This document shows positions 42,531 through 52,194 of a DNA stretch of 64,000 nucleotides, one piece after another. The DNA comes from Candidatus Latescibacterota bacterium (GTDB lineage Bacteria; Latescibacterota; UBA2968; GCA-2709665). Each line of letters begins with the position of its first letter. Within the stretch, counting starts at the first letter, position 1. Under the pieces are notes generated by a model. It made no database searches. It saw only the letters and a program-made list of their open reading frames with translations, and was not told where the DNA came from. The translations under genes and the position numbers were made by a program. The stretch lies in assembly GCA_965237675.1 (NCBI GenBank), contig OZ250150.1, forward strand, positions 5,504,001-5,568,000, read 5' to 3'.

Positions 42531-42944
42531 ATGCCTGTCTTTTGTCCGCATTGGGCAGGTGATTGGACGATTAATCGGGTTTGTGCGTTGATTTCCACCT
42601 ATTTGGTTGCGGCTGAACAACGCGAAGCCGCGATAGATAAAGCATTAGATCATTTGCAGTCGTTAAAGCGGGCAGTTCTATTCGATGGGCCTGCCAAGCC
42701 GGAGGCGCGTGCAAAAATCAGGAAATTGCGGCGTCTGGCGGCCCTGGAAATGGGGTCCCAAACGGTTCACGAAGCCGTGGTACCTCTGATTATAATGACC
42801 GGACGGCGGGCACCGGGCAGCGCCGGAATACTGGAGCGAGCAGAAGGCGCCGCCCGTCGCTACGCCCGCCACCACGTCCGAAGCAACGCCAGTGGCGAAG
42901 AAAGAGCGCCGTTCAAAGCGGTTTATTCCAAATCCGGTACATCG

Positions 42945-43077
42945 TCAACCAGACGCGGTGCTCTTGCCGAATGCGCCGGCAAAGATCAGAAAATCGCTGA
43001 ACCTGATCGCACCGTTTCCGTCCAGGTCGTAACGTGCTTCGTATCCGGCATCGCCTTGACTTTGCCCGAATGCGGCG
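42945..43077 (-). pseudogene. Orphan second half of a class-A dockerin-like tag
   Basis: AAFGQSQGDAGYEARYDLDGNGAIRFSDFLIFAGAFGKSTASG*, about 36 bp downstream of the 43114 stop. Confidence 0.8.
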
Positions 43078-43113
43078 CCGCGTCCGGTCGAGCAATGCGG
43101 CGGTGGTTTGCAT

Positions 43114-46100
43114 CTACGATCCAAACGCATCCACGAACTTGAAGAAATCGGCGAAATCCACCGTACCGTTGCCGTCGAGGTCAAAGCGGGCGTCCGTGCC
43201 GCCGTACGCATCGGCAAACAGGAAGAAATCCACGAAATCGGTCCGGCCGTCACCATTGAAATCGGTCGCGGCTTGTCCGCCGGTTACACCACTGCTGATA
43301 ATTTCCAGAGGCAGGTCGGAGGACTTCACGAGTGCGTAACCGAAGTGGTTTGACGGCAGCCCCGGCAACGTGCCGATATTGACGGTGACGGCAGCGGTTG
43401 TGCCGGAGGTGCGGGTCACGGTGAGCGGCTTGCTTTCGACGCTACCCCTGGCAATCGTGATCGTCGTCGCACCGCCGCTGATGCTGCCGTTGGTGACGGT
43501 GAGCGGCAGGACGAGCTCAAACGGCGCACCCATGGGTGCAATCGCCCTGCACTGATCCACACCGACCTTTTCTAACGACACTTCAAAGGAAAATGGAGAG
43601 CCGGGGTTGGCGCCAAGGCGGAGCGCTGCCAGGCCTGTCAGCCCGGAAAAATCGCCGGACTTCAATGCCGTTATACCGCTGGACGCCAACCTGAGAGCAT
43701 TGATCTCACCGAGATGCGCCGGTGTTACATCGCTGCAGTTGCTTTCAGGGGCTGCGCTTACGATCACGTCGCGAACTTGAGGTGTGCGGCTGCAGACAGG
43801 CAGAGGGGGTGCGATGACGTTGGTTTCGCGGGAAACCTTTCCTGCGCCGAGTTCGTTCACTGCGCGCACTTCAAAGAGGTATTCATTGGCGTTGTCCAGG
43901 TTACCAGTGGTATAGCCGGTGGCATTCGTCTCGTTGGGAGCACTGCCGGGGATGGATGTCCATGGACCGAATGCCCCGTTCTTCAACCTTTTCCGGTACT
44001 CGAAACCCGCAATCTCGCTGCCTCCATCGCAAGGCATGATCCAGGACAGCTTCACTTGGTTTCCCTCGTTGATGGCTGCCACGGATGGCGCATCCGGGGC
44101 AAGCAGGTCGGTATAGGTCAGGCGTAAATCGATTTGATCGTTTGCGTTCCAAACAGGAAATCGATCGGGACCGGGGGAAAAACTATACGAAGACAACGAA
44201 GAAAGCGTCCAGCCGTCGTTATATTCCGCATCCGAAAAAACAAATCCTTCAACTAGACCTTCGACATATAACGTCCAATGACGAAGATCACATCCAGAGA
44301 TCGCGGCGGAACCGACGATGCCCATGGAGAGACCCTTTTCGTACCCATTCCACGTCATAATCCATCCAATCCTGTAAGTGGATCCCCGGTATACGAAATC
44401 GGCGTCTGAGATTGTCCCATAAGGCGCGGATGCGATTCTCAGATTTCGGCCAAAATAACCCCTTGAATCCCCTGATACTCCCACCGTGATTCTACCCGAC
44501 CAGACTTCGGTTTCAACAGGCCCCTCGGTGACCGCCAGCGGCAGGTTGGCGGATCTGACAAGGACGTACCCTTGATGGCGTCCAGGTAGAACCGGCAATG
44601 GGTCTCCGATATTCACAGTAACTGCAAATGTCGTCCCGGGAGTGCGAGTAACTGTGAGGGTCTCACTTCCCACACTACCTACGGGAATCGTAAGGGTTGA
44701 TGTACCGCCAGTGATGCTCCCGTTGGTAATGGTAAGCGGCAGCACAATATCAAACGGCACACCGCTGGGTGCGACTGCCTTGAACTGGTTTGTCCCAACC
44801 TTCTCAAGGGAAACGAAGAGGGGCAGCGGATCGACTGCATTGCCAGACAAAACGAGTTCTATCAGTGGTTCTGTGAGACCGTCGAATATACCCGCCGGGA
44901 GCGACGTCAACGCATTGCCACGTAGCCAGATCAATCTCAGTTCTGTGAGACCGTCAAATATACCTGCAGGGAGCGACGTCAACGCATTGTCAGACAAATG
45001 GAGATCTCTCAGTTCTGTGAGCCCGTCAAATATACCCGCAGGAAGCGACGTCAATCTATTGCTATTCAGGTAGAGCGTTCTCAGTGAAGTGAGCCCGTCA
45101 AATAAACCCACAGGCAACGCAGCCAACTCGTTGTAGCGCAGCCAGAGTCTTATCACAGAGTCTAGTCCATCAAAATCCCCTGCTTTCAGTGCTGTGACGC
45201 CTTTTCTCTGTAGGTCGAGTATGGTAATCGCAGCGAGATGTGATTCTGTCACATTGCGACAATTGCTTATGCCCGACACTGCGGCCACAATCGCGTCGCG
45301 CACCTGCGGTGTGCGGTCGCAGACGGGAGTTATGGGCCCCGTCCACTCAGACACGTCCCAGAATTTGATTGCCTTGTTCGCAGTGGCAATCAGCTGCTTC
45401 CCATCGGGCGAGAAAATCAGCCGTCCCGCGCTACCCGGTCCCGCCGAGATAGTGGCCAAATAATCCTTTGTCGAAACGTTCCAGATTTCAATCAGGCCAT
45501 TATCCGCTACGGCGAGAATAGCTCCATCCGGCGAAAAGGCGAAAGTAGCCCACGGGTAGTCACGCATATGCTGATAGGTTCCGGTTTCCATTCCCGTCGC
45601 TATGTTCCACAGCTTAAACCCGTAGCCGTGAGGATGCCTTGATGCGAGACTTGCACCATCGGGCGAAACCGCTACGCTCCCAGCCGCATCCGTGTCAAAG
45701 GAGGAGATCTCTGATCTTGTTGTCACGTTCCACAGCTTGACGCCGCCGCCGTTGGACTTTGATACGAGCGTCCCATCGGGAACAAAAGCGACTGACAAAA
45801 TCCCATCCGAATGCCCTTCGAGGGTCGCACTATGCGCGCCAGTTGCTACGTGCCACAACCTGACTGTGCGATCCAACGATCCGGAGGCGAGCATCGACCC
45901 ATCGGGTGAAAAGTCCAGAGACAGGACTCGACCCGTATGCCCTTCGAGTGTGGCGACCTCTTTTCTTGTGTTCACATTCCACATTTTGATCGTGCCATTC
46001 GCCGATCCGGACGCGAGCAGTGTCCCGTCGGGCGAAAACGCTACTGACCAGTTCACGTAAGCATTGCCCCCTGTATGGCGAAAGACAGTTTTACGTTCCC

Positions 46101-47367
46101 TTTGCACAGCGTCCAGCAACTCGACTGTACCCCCGGTCCCGATTGCCAGATGCGCGCCACCGGGCGAAATCGCCAGGCCGCCGATGTCATAATAGTAAGG
46201 CCTGTCCAGTGTGGCGATATGTTGCGGCGAATTCCCTGCCTCAAGCGTAAAGGAAGTCAGACTCGCGGTGCTGGTACGATTCCCTGCCGTATCAACTGCC
46301 ACGACATAGATCGGATGCCGGCCCGTATTTGAGAGCGTCGTATGGGCCTCCGCTACGGTACCGACGTTGTCGGATGGAAGCCTGCCGTCAAAGTTGAAGT
46401 CAACGAGTGTATCCGTTTCACCCGACAATCCGTGACAGACCTTCACTTCGGGGGTGCTGCCCAAAAAGGGATTTTTGGGGCGAACGAACAGGATGACCTG
46501 GTGAAGTCCATCGTCGTCGCGAACTCTCAGCTGGACCGGCGTGCTCTCCGACCCGAAAGGATATTCCGATGAAACAAGCTCAACGGTAGGCGGCGATTCA
46601 TTGGCAAGCGGGACGTCGGCGTTGAAGTACGGGTGCGCAGACAGAAACTCGGCGGCGCACGCGGATAATCTGGCAGATGACCGGTCCGCGCGTCCATACG
46701 ACTGTATGTACTTATTATCACGGAAGTCATGGTGCAGGCCGAAGGCATGTCCTAATTCATGCGCGGCGGCAAACCAATTCCATTCGCCGTATATCATCGC
46801 CCATCCGCTGTCCTTCGCCCCTTTTCCGCGTCCGTGGGCGGATCTGGCACTGACGTCCATGACAATCAGCATTATGTTTTTCGAGTTGTCGAATGCACGT
46901 TTAATCTCGCCTTCTGTGTATCCTCGGCTACTATAGTGGCTGTCGGCGTAGTCCCCATCGACCCGATGAACGATCGGATCGCCCTGGTCATCGGTTTCAA
47001 TCCGGAAAGTCGTGTTTCCGTGTCCTTGCGCCTCCATCTGCTTGCCAAAGAACGTCTGGAGATCAAGAATCCCCGATTTCATCGAATCGACCACCTCGGT
47101 GCGATACGACCGGTCGTTCGGCAGAAAGTAAAAGAGCCGAACGTTCCGCGGTTCTCCCACGTTCAGGTCCGACGCCCACTTGCCCGCGGGACGGGGGTGA
47201 TCGCGCTCCGGATCTTCGTAATCGCCACGCTGGTTTGGTTGCGCCGACTCGGCGGGCAGGCAGAAATGCACGCTGTCGGCCGGCACGGAAGACGCATAGC
47301 CGTCTGACGGCGGCAGGAGCAAGACAGCGAGAACAGCCGATGCGGCGATAGGCAGGATCGACTTCAT
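43114..47367 (-). CDS. Secreted metzincin + WD40 + LRR + FN3 + class-B dockerin-like tag (1417 aa)
   Basis: HELGHAFGLHH; WD40s; LTSLPAGIFDGL LRRs; VCDRTPQVRD caps; FN3 (LSW..DGGS.I.GFEY...FEVRAVN); TDFNGDG tail. Confidence 0.92.
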   Translation of the reverse strand: MKSILPIAASAVLAVLLLPPSDGYASSVPADSVHFCLPAESAQPNQRGDYEDPERDHPRPAGKWASDLNVGEPRNVRLFYFLPNDRSYRTEVVDSMKSGILDLQTFFGKQMEAQGHGNTTFRIETDDQGDPIVHRVDGDYADSHYSSRGYTEGEIKRAFDNSKNIMLIVMDVSARSAHGRGKGAKDSGWAMIYGEWNWFAAAHELGHAFGLHHDFRDNKYIQSYGRADRSSARLSACAAEFLSAHPYFNADVPLANESPPTVELVSSEYPFGSESTPVQLRVRDDDGLHQVILFVRPKNPFLGSTPEVKVCHGLSGETDTLVDFNFDGRLPSDNVGTVAEAHTTLSNTGRHPIYVVAVDTAGNRTSTASLTSFTLEAGNSPQHIATLDRPYYYDIGGLAISPGGAHLAIGTGGTVELLDAVQRERKTVFRHTGGNAYVNWSVAFSPDGTLLASGSANGTIKMWNVNTRKEVATLEGHTGRVLSLDFSPDGSMLASGSLDRTVRLWHVATGAHSATLEGHSDGILSVAFVPDGTLVSKSNGGGVKLWNVTTRSEISSFDTDAAGSVAVSPDGASLASRHPHGYGFKLWNIATGMETGTYQHMRDYPWATFAFSPDGAILAVADNGLIEIWNVSTKDYLATISAGPGSAGRLIFSPDGKQLIATANKAIKFWDVSEWTGPITPVCDRTPQVRDAIVAAVSGISNCRNVTESHLAAITILDLQRKGVTALKAGDFDGLDSVIRLWLRYNELAALPVGLFDGLTSLRTLYLNSNRLTSLPAGIFDGLTELRDLHLSDNALTSLPAGIFDGLTELRLIWLRGNALTSLPAGIFDGLTEPLIELVLSGNAVDPLPLFVSLEKVGTNQFKAVAPSGVPFDIVLPLTITNGSITGGTSTLTIPVGSVGSETLTVTRTPGTTFAVTVNIGDPLPVLPGRHQGYVLVRSANLPLAVTEGPVETEVWSGRITVGVSGDSRGYFGRNLRIASAPYGTISDADFVYRGSTYRIGWIMTWNGYEKGLSMGIVGSAAISGCDLRHWTLYVEGLVEGFVFSDAEYNDGWTLSSLSSYSFSPGPDRFPVWNANDQIDLRLTYTDLLAPDAPSVAAINEGNQVKLSWIMPCDGGSEIAGFEYRKRLKNGAFGPWTSIPGSAPNETNATGYTTGNLDNANEYLFEVRAVNELGAGKVSRETNVIAPPLPVCSRTPQVRDVIVSAAPESNCSDVTPAHLGEINALRLASSGITALKSGDFSGLTGLAALRLGANPGSPFSFEVSLEKVGVDQCRAIAPMGAPFELVLPLTVTNGSISGGATTITIARGSVESKPLTVTRTSGTTAAVTVNIGTLPGLPSNHFGYALVKSSDLPLEIISSGVTGGQAATDFNGDGRTDFVDFFLFADAYGGTDARFDLDGNGTVDFADFFKFVDAFGS

Positions 47368-47439
47368 TCTACCAGCCTCCCGTACGTGAGTCCAGTTTCA
47401 CGGCGCATTCATGCGTAGATGGGGCGTCTCAATCCCACG

Positions 47440-50400
47440 TTATTTTTGTCTTCCGACGACGTCGACAACGCGCCCGTTCCCATCGACCACGTTGACGGGC
47501 CCCTCCGCAATGCAATCTCCCCAGTCCAGGAAATGCTCCGCGACGAGCTTCGCGCTTAACGGGTCGGGCAGCCGGTACTCATCGGCCTGGCTAACGTCGA
47601 CCTGATAGCCGTGATCGGCCAGCGACTGGATCGTGATCGCGCTCAAAGGTAGGGACCCTTCGACGTCCGGCCTGATACTCGCGGTCATCAGTTCGTCGCC
47701 AAACACGGATCCCCGCCAATGGCCGCTGTCGCTCTCTACGGGTACCTTTGGGCCGCTGTAATGCCGGCCCCCCGCATTGTCGAATGCCAGAATTGCCAGG
47801 GGGCCGGTGAAGTACCTGTCACTATCTCCACGGACCAGGTTCAGTGTTTTCCAGAATGTCCCAAACCCGAGAACATGCGCCATCTCATGCAGAATTACCT
47901 CTAACAGAAAGGTGTCGGACATCCACGTCAGGTCGTCCTTATCGATTGCTATCGATCCGATCTTCGTAACGAGGGCACCGGATAGTCTATTCCTTTGGAC
48001 AATGAGCGTTCCGCCTCTCCCGAGGGTGCCGCGGACGCCGTCAATATCGCCAATACCCACGAAAATTCGCAGATCGTCTACAAAGTCGTTGACGCGTATC
48101 CGCTTATTCAAATCATCGTCCCACTCGTCAACCGGATTGTCCGAGAAGTCGCTGTCCGGAATGTCTCCTGTAATGATCGACGTCCAACGTGCGGCGGACC
48201 TGTGGAATAGCGCCTTTTGAGACGCGCTGAATCCGTCGCCGGAGTCGCTTTCAAGGAAGACGATCTCGATACGAAAAGGAGACGGCGCGCCGCCCACGGC
48301 CACGCCCGATGGATCGACTAGCCCGTCCGCGCCCGTGAGGAGATCTTCGACGTTGGAGCCGTCGAGGTTGGCGCGCTGGATCTTGTTCGTGCCAGCGTCT
48401 GCCCAGTACATCTTCCCGCCAGTCACGTCCACGGCCAGACCATTGGGCTTATCCAGGCCATTGGCAACCAGATCCTCGACCTGCGAGCCATCAAGACCAG
48501 CCCGCTGAATCTTATCCGTACGCCGGTCCGTCCAGTACATCTTCCCGCCGGACACGTCAACGGCCAGCCCGGTGGGACTGCCAAGGCCGCTGGTAACAAG
48601 ATCCTCCACCTGGGAACCATCGAGGTTGGCCCGCTGGATCTTTTGGGATCCCGGGTTCGTCCAGTACATCTTCCCACCTTGCACGTCCAGGGTCAATTCC
48701 CCGGGAAACACAAGACCACTTGTAATCAGATCTTCAACAATGGCGCCATCGAGGTCGGACCGCTGAATCCTGCTGGTCTGCCTGTCCGTCCAGTACATCT
48801 TCCCATCGGATACATCCAGAGCGAGGCCGTATGGTATACCCAGGCCGGTGACCAGATTTTCGACATTGGACCCATCGAGGCTGGCGCGCTGGATCCTCGA
48901 CGCGCCCGCGTCCGTCCAGTACATCTTGCCACCGGCCACGTCGAGGGCCAGACCGTCCGGGCCATCCAGTCCACCGCCGACGACCAGGTCTTCGATCACC
49001 GAGCCGTCGAGGTTGGCCCGCTGAATCTTGTCCGTGCCCCAGTCCGTCCAGTAAAGCATCGACACGCCGGTGGGTGTGGCCCGCGGCGCGACGGTAACGG
49101 CCACCGAGCTCGAGCAGTTGTTGCCGGTATCGGATTCTCCGGACACGGGCTCAACGCAGGCCCCGTAGAAGTACGTTCCGGCGCTGGATGGCGCATGCAG
49201 GCGAATCGACGCATCAACGACGCCGGAGGCTGCAAGCCCCCACACCGCACCCGTGCCAACTTGCGTATCGCTCCCGGAAATCATCGCGTCCGGCGAGCGG
49301 TAATAGCGCAGTTCAGTCGAGGCCGCCGGACCATCCCCGCGGTTGCGCACGGTCACGCTTAGTGTAAAGGACTGCCCGGGTGTCAGGGTACCATTGCTCA
49401 CGGTGGGCGCCTCAACGACCAGGTCCGAGCTTCGGCCGCCAGGAGACGAGACGTCCTTGCCGAAGTTCTGTGCGAAGATCAGAAAATCGGAAAATCCAAT
49501 GGCCCCGTCGCCATCCAGATCGTACCGCGCGTCGAACGCCGCGTCGCCCCGTTGTTTCCCGAATTGTCCCGCAAAAAGCAGAAAGTCGTTAAAACCAACC
49601 GTCCCATCGCCGTCGAAGTCGGGAGAAGGCGTGGCATTGAAGGTGATCACATTCGTCGTCGTAAGCACGTCGCTGGACGTCGTGCTTTCGGCAAGCGTGA
49701 CCATCGCAATACGGATGGAAAACTCCCGACCCGTGACGTCCGCAACCGTTTCAAACTCGGCGCGCGCCAGAAAACCGGACGGCGCCAGCGTGACCGGCGT
49801 ACGGGACGCGAAGTTGGCGCCTGTGGAATCCGCCGGAAGTGTAAGGGGAAACGCGCTGTTTTCGGCTTTGACGAAGGCCAGAAGCGAAGCATCAAAGTCA
49901 AATTTGAGGACCATGCCGATCAGAGGTGTTCTCATGCCCTCGGCGAAAACCTCGAAGGCGATGGTTTGTCCCCTTCCAGCAACGGTGCCTGACGTGACGC
50001 CATCGTCGATCCGGTTGCCCATCCCGCCGTCGGGAATTAGGTCAAGTGACAGAACATCGGTGCCGTCAGCGCCGGGAGGAGGCGTGGCATTGAACGAGAT
50101 CACATTTGTTGTCGTAAGCACGTCGATGGACGTCGTACTTTCGGCAAGCGTGACCATCGCAATACGGATGGAAAACTCCCGACCCGTGACGTCCGCAACC
50201 GTTTCAAACTCGGCCCGCGCCAGAAAGCCGGAAGGCGCCAACGTGACCGGCGTGCGGGTTGCGAAGTTGGCGCCTGTGGAATCCGCCGGAAGTGTAAGGG
50301 GAAACGCGCTGTTTTCGGCTTTGACGAAGGCCAGAAGCGAAGCATCAAAGTCAAATTTGAGGATCACGCCGATCAGAGGCGTTCTCACGCCCGCAGCGAA

Positions 50401-50598
50401 AACTTCGATCGCAATGGTCTTTCCATTTCCGGAAACCGTGCCTGCGATGACGCCGTCATCCATCCGGTTGCCTGCTCCGCCATCGGCAATCAGATCAACG
50501 GAGAGTATCGCATTCGCATTCGGGCCGGCAAAGACTTGACCCGTAAATGTCAGCGACTTTAGAACGAGGAAAAACAACAGGCCTCTTCTGGAAGTCAT
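47440..50598 (-). CDS. Putative scaffoldin: 2 cohesin-like domains + internal class-A dockerin-like + CARDB + YWTD propeller + M8 (leishmanolysin-like) peptidase
   Basis: Two ~145-aa near-identical beta-rich repeats; DFDGDG/DLDGDG pair; DLVV..TVRNRG..ESDTGNN; six YW(T/A)(D/N) repeats; HEMAHVLGF...SGHW...ELMT. Confidence 0.8.
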   Translation of the reverse strand: MTSRRGLLFFLVLKSLTFTGQVFAGPNANAILSVDLIADGGAGNRMDDGVIAGTVSGNGKTIAIEVFAAGVRTPLIGVILKFDFDASLLAFVKAENSAFPLTLPADSTGANFATRTPVTLAPSGFLARAEFETVADVTGREFSIRIAMVTLAESTTSIDVLTTTNVISFNATPPPGADGTDVLSLDLIPDGGMGNRIDDGVTSGTVAGRGQTIAFEVFAEGMRTPLIGMVLKFDFDASLLAFVKAENSAFPLTLPADSTGANFASRTPVTLAPSGFLARAEFETVADVTGREFSIRIAMVTLAESTTSSDVLTTTNVITFNATPSPDFDGDGTVGFNDFLLFAGQFGKQRGDAAFDARYDLDGDGAIGFSDFLIFAQNFGKDVSSPGGRSSDLVVEAPTVSNGTLTPGQSFTLSVTVRNRGDGPAASTELRYYRSPDAMISGSDTQVGTGAVWGLAASGVVDASIRLHAPSSAGTYFYGACVEPVSGESDTGNNCSSSVAVTVAPRATPTGVSMLYWTDWGTDKIQRANLDGSVIEDLVVGGGLDGPDGLALDVAGGKMYWTDAGASRIQRASLDGSNVENLVTGLGIPYGLALDVSDGKMYWTDRQTSRIQRSDLDGAIVEDLITSGLVFPGELTLDVQGGKMYWTNPGSQKIQRANLDGSQVEDLVTSGLGSPTGLAVDVSGGKMYWTDRRTDKIQRAGLDGSQVEDLVANGLDKPNGLAVDVTGGKMYWADAGTNKIQRANLDGSNVEDLLTGADGLVDPSGVAVGGAPSPFRIEIVFLESDSGDGFSASQKALFHRSAARWTSIITGDIPDSDFSDNPVDEWDDDLNKRIRVNDFVDDLRIFVGIGDIDGVRGTLGRGGTLIVQRNRLSGALVTKIGSIAIDKDDLTWMSDTFLLEVILHEMAHVLGFGTFWKTLNLVRGDSDRYFTGPLAILAFDNAGGRHYSGPKVPVESDSGHWRGSVFGDELMTASIRPDVEGSLPLSAITIQSLADHGYQVDVSQADEYRLPDPLSAKLVAEHFLDWGDCIAEGPVNVVDGNGRVVDVVGRQK

Positions 50599-50698
50599 CC
50601 GAAATAATCCTTATAGCGAAAGTGAATGCTCGTCTGATCCGGCGCGTAATCTCCGTGCGCTACCGCGCCCCGTCGGTCCACGACGCAGGGGCCTGCGC

Positions 50699-52045
50699 CT
50701 AAGAACCGAACGCATCCACAAACTTGAAGAAGTCGGCGAAATCCACCCTTCCGCTGCCGTCCAGATCGAAGCGAGGGTCCGTGCCGCCGTACGCATCGGC
50801 AAAGAGGAAGAAATCTGCGAAGTCGGTTCGCCCGTCGCCGTTGAAGTCGGTTGCGGCCGGACCTTGCACCAGCGGTGTTCCGATACGGACGGGCGACCAC
50901 GGTCCGTCTGCGGCGTCGGAGACCACACGCAACTGAACGTCGTACCGCGTGCCGCCGGTCAGCCCGGTCACCTCGTAACTCAGCGTACCGGAACCTGTCG
51001 TCCAGACATCCTGCACCACAGTCCAGTTAGCGTCGGCCTTGTCCGGGGCGTCGCTGCGGATGTAGCGCAGGTCGTACGCAGTAATGGCGTAGCCGTCGCT
51101 GATGGAAGGCGCAGCCCACGACACGGTTAGCGAGCCGGTACCGGCTGTCACCGAAAGGATGGCTGGTGCGCCTCCGCGGGACGTCAGGTCATAGGCATAC
51201 AGCTTCTTGTCAACGTAGTCAATCACCCACATCGTCGTGCCGTCCGACCAGATGCCGACAGGGCGGTTGTTCCCGGCGGCATCAAGCGAATTGACGTCTT
51301 TGGCGGGATCCCGGCCATAAAAGGTCAAATTGTAAGCATAGATCTTCGCATCGGCGTAGTCTGCCACCCACATGGTCGTGCCGTCCGACCAGATTCCCTG
51401 TGGGTGGTTGTTTCCAGCGGCTTCAAGCGCATTGACGTCCTTGGCGGGATCCCGGGCCTTGCGCTCCATGTCATAGGCATACAACTTATCGTCAGTGTAG
51501 TCTGCCACCCACATGGTCGTTCCGTTCGACCAGATTCCCTCCGGGTTGTCGTTTCCGGCAAGTTCAAGCACATTGATGTCTTTGTCGGAGTTCGGGGCCT
51601 TGGTGGACATGTCGTACGCATAGACCTTTTCGCCCCACCACGGGTCGTCCGCCACCCACATCGTCGTACCGTCCGACCAGATGCCCTCCGGGTCGCCGTT
51701 TCCTGCGGCGTCCAGCGTATCGAAGTCATTATTGGGGTCGCGCTCCCCGGACGCCAGGTCATAGGCATACAGCTTCTCGTTGAACTCGTCCGCCACCCAC
51801 ATCGTCGTACCGTCCGACCAGATGCCCTCCGGATCGTTGTTTCCTGCGGCCGCCAACGCATCGATGTCCTTGCCTGAATCCCGGGCGCAACATTCTGCGA
51901 CGGAAATTTTCTGCAGCTTACGCAACTTCCCCTCTTCTTGTCCGCCGACCGGTAGGCCGTCGCCCGAACCAGGAAACACCCACATCGCCACTATGACCGT
52001 AAGAATCGACACGGTAATTCCAATATTGAAGATTCTGCGTCTCAT
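50699..52045 (-). CDS. GIWSDG-repeat beta-propeller + FN3 + class-B dockerin-like tag
   Basis: Five AAGN..P.GIWSDGTTMWVAD...KLYAYD repeats; FN3 (ITAYDLRY); tail. Confidence 0.88.
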   Translation of the reverse strand: MRRRIFNIGITVSILTVIVAMWVFPGSGDGLPVGGQEEGKLRKLQKISVAECCARDSGKDIDALAAAGNNDPEGIWSDGTTMWVADEFNEKLYAYDLASGERDPNNDFDTLDAAGNGDPEGIWSDGTTMWVADDPWWGEKVYAYDMSTKAPNSDKDINVLELAGNDNPEGIWSNGTTMWVADYTDDKLYAYDMERKARDPAKDVNALEAAGNNHPQGIWSDGTTMWVADYADAKIYAYNLTFYGRDPAKDVNSLDAAGNNRPVGIWSDGTTMWVIDYVDKKLYAYDLTSRGGAPAILSVTAGTGSLTVSWAAPSISDGYAITAYDLRYIRSDAPDKADANWTVVQDVWTTGSGTLSYEVTGLTGGTRYDVQLRVVSDAADGPWSPVRIGTPLVQGPAATDFNGDGRTDFADFFLFADAYGGTDPRFDLDGSGRVDFADFFKFVDAFGS

Positions 52046-52194
52046 CGAGGGAATCCTTTCGGTTTCCGATTCCACAAAACGTGCCCACTTCCGCCGGACC
52101 CGGTTCCCGCGCGAAATCGCGGCGGCCCGACTCCCGCAGGGGTTGGGTGGGCTTCGCTTCAGCCAGGGTTCATCGACAGCAGGCCCATATTCGC

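Noticed and set aside
42531-43142. 203-aa plus-strand ORF
   Set aside because: No recognisable motifs, and it overlaps minus-strand remnants.
49343-50539. Long antisense ORFs across the array (e.g. 398 aa here, 355 aa at 61266)
   Set aside because: Expected shadows of GC-rich repetitive coding sequence.
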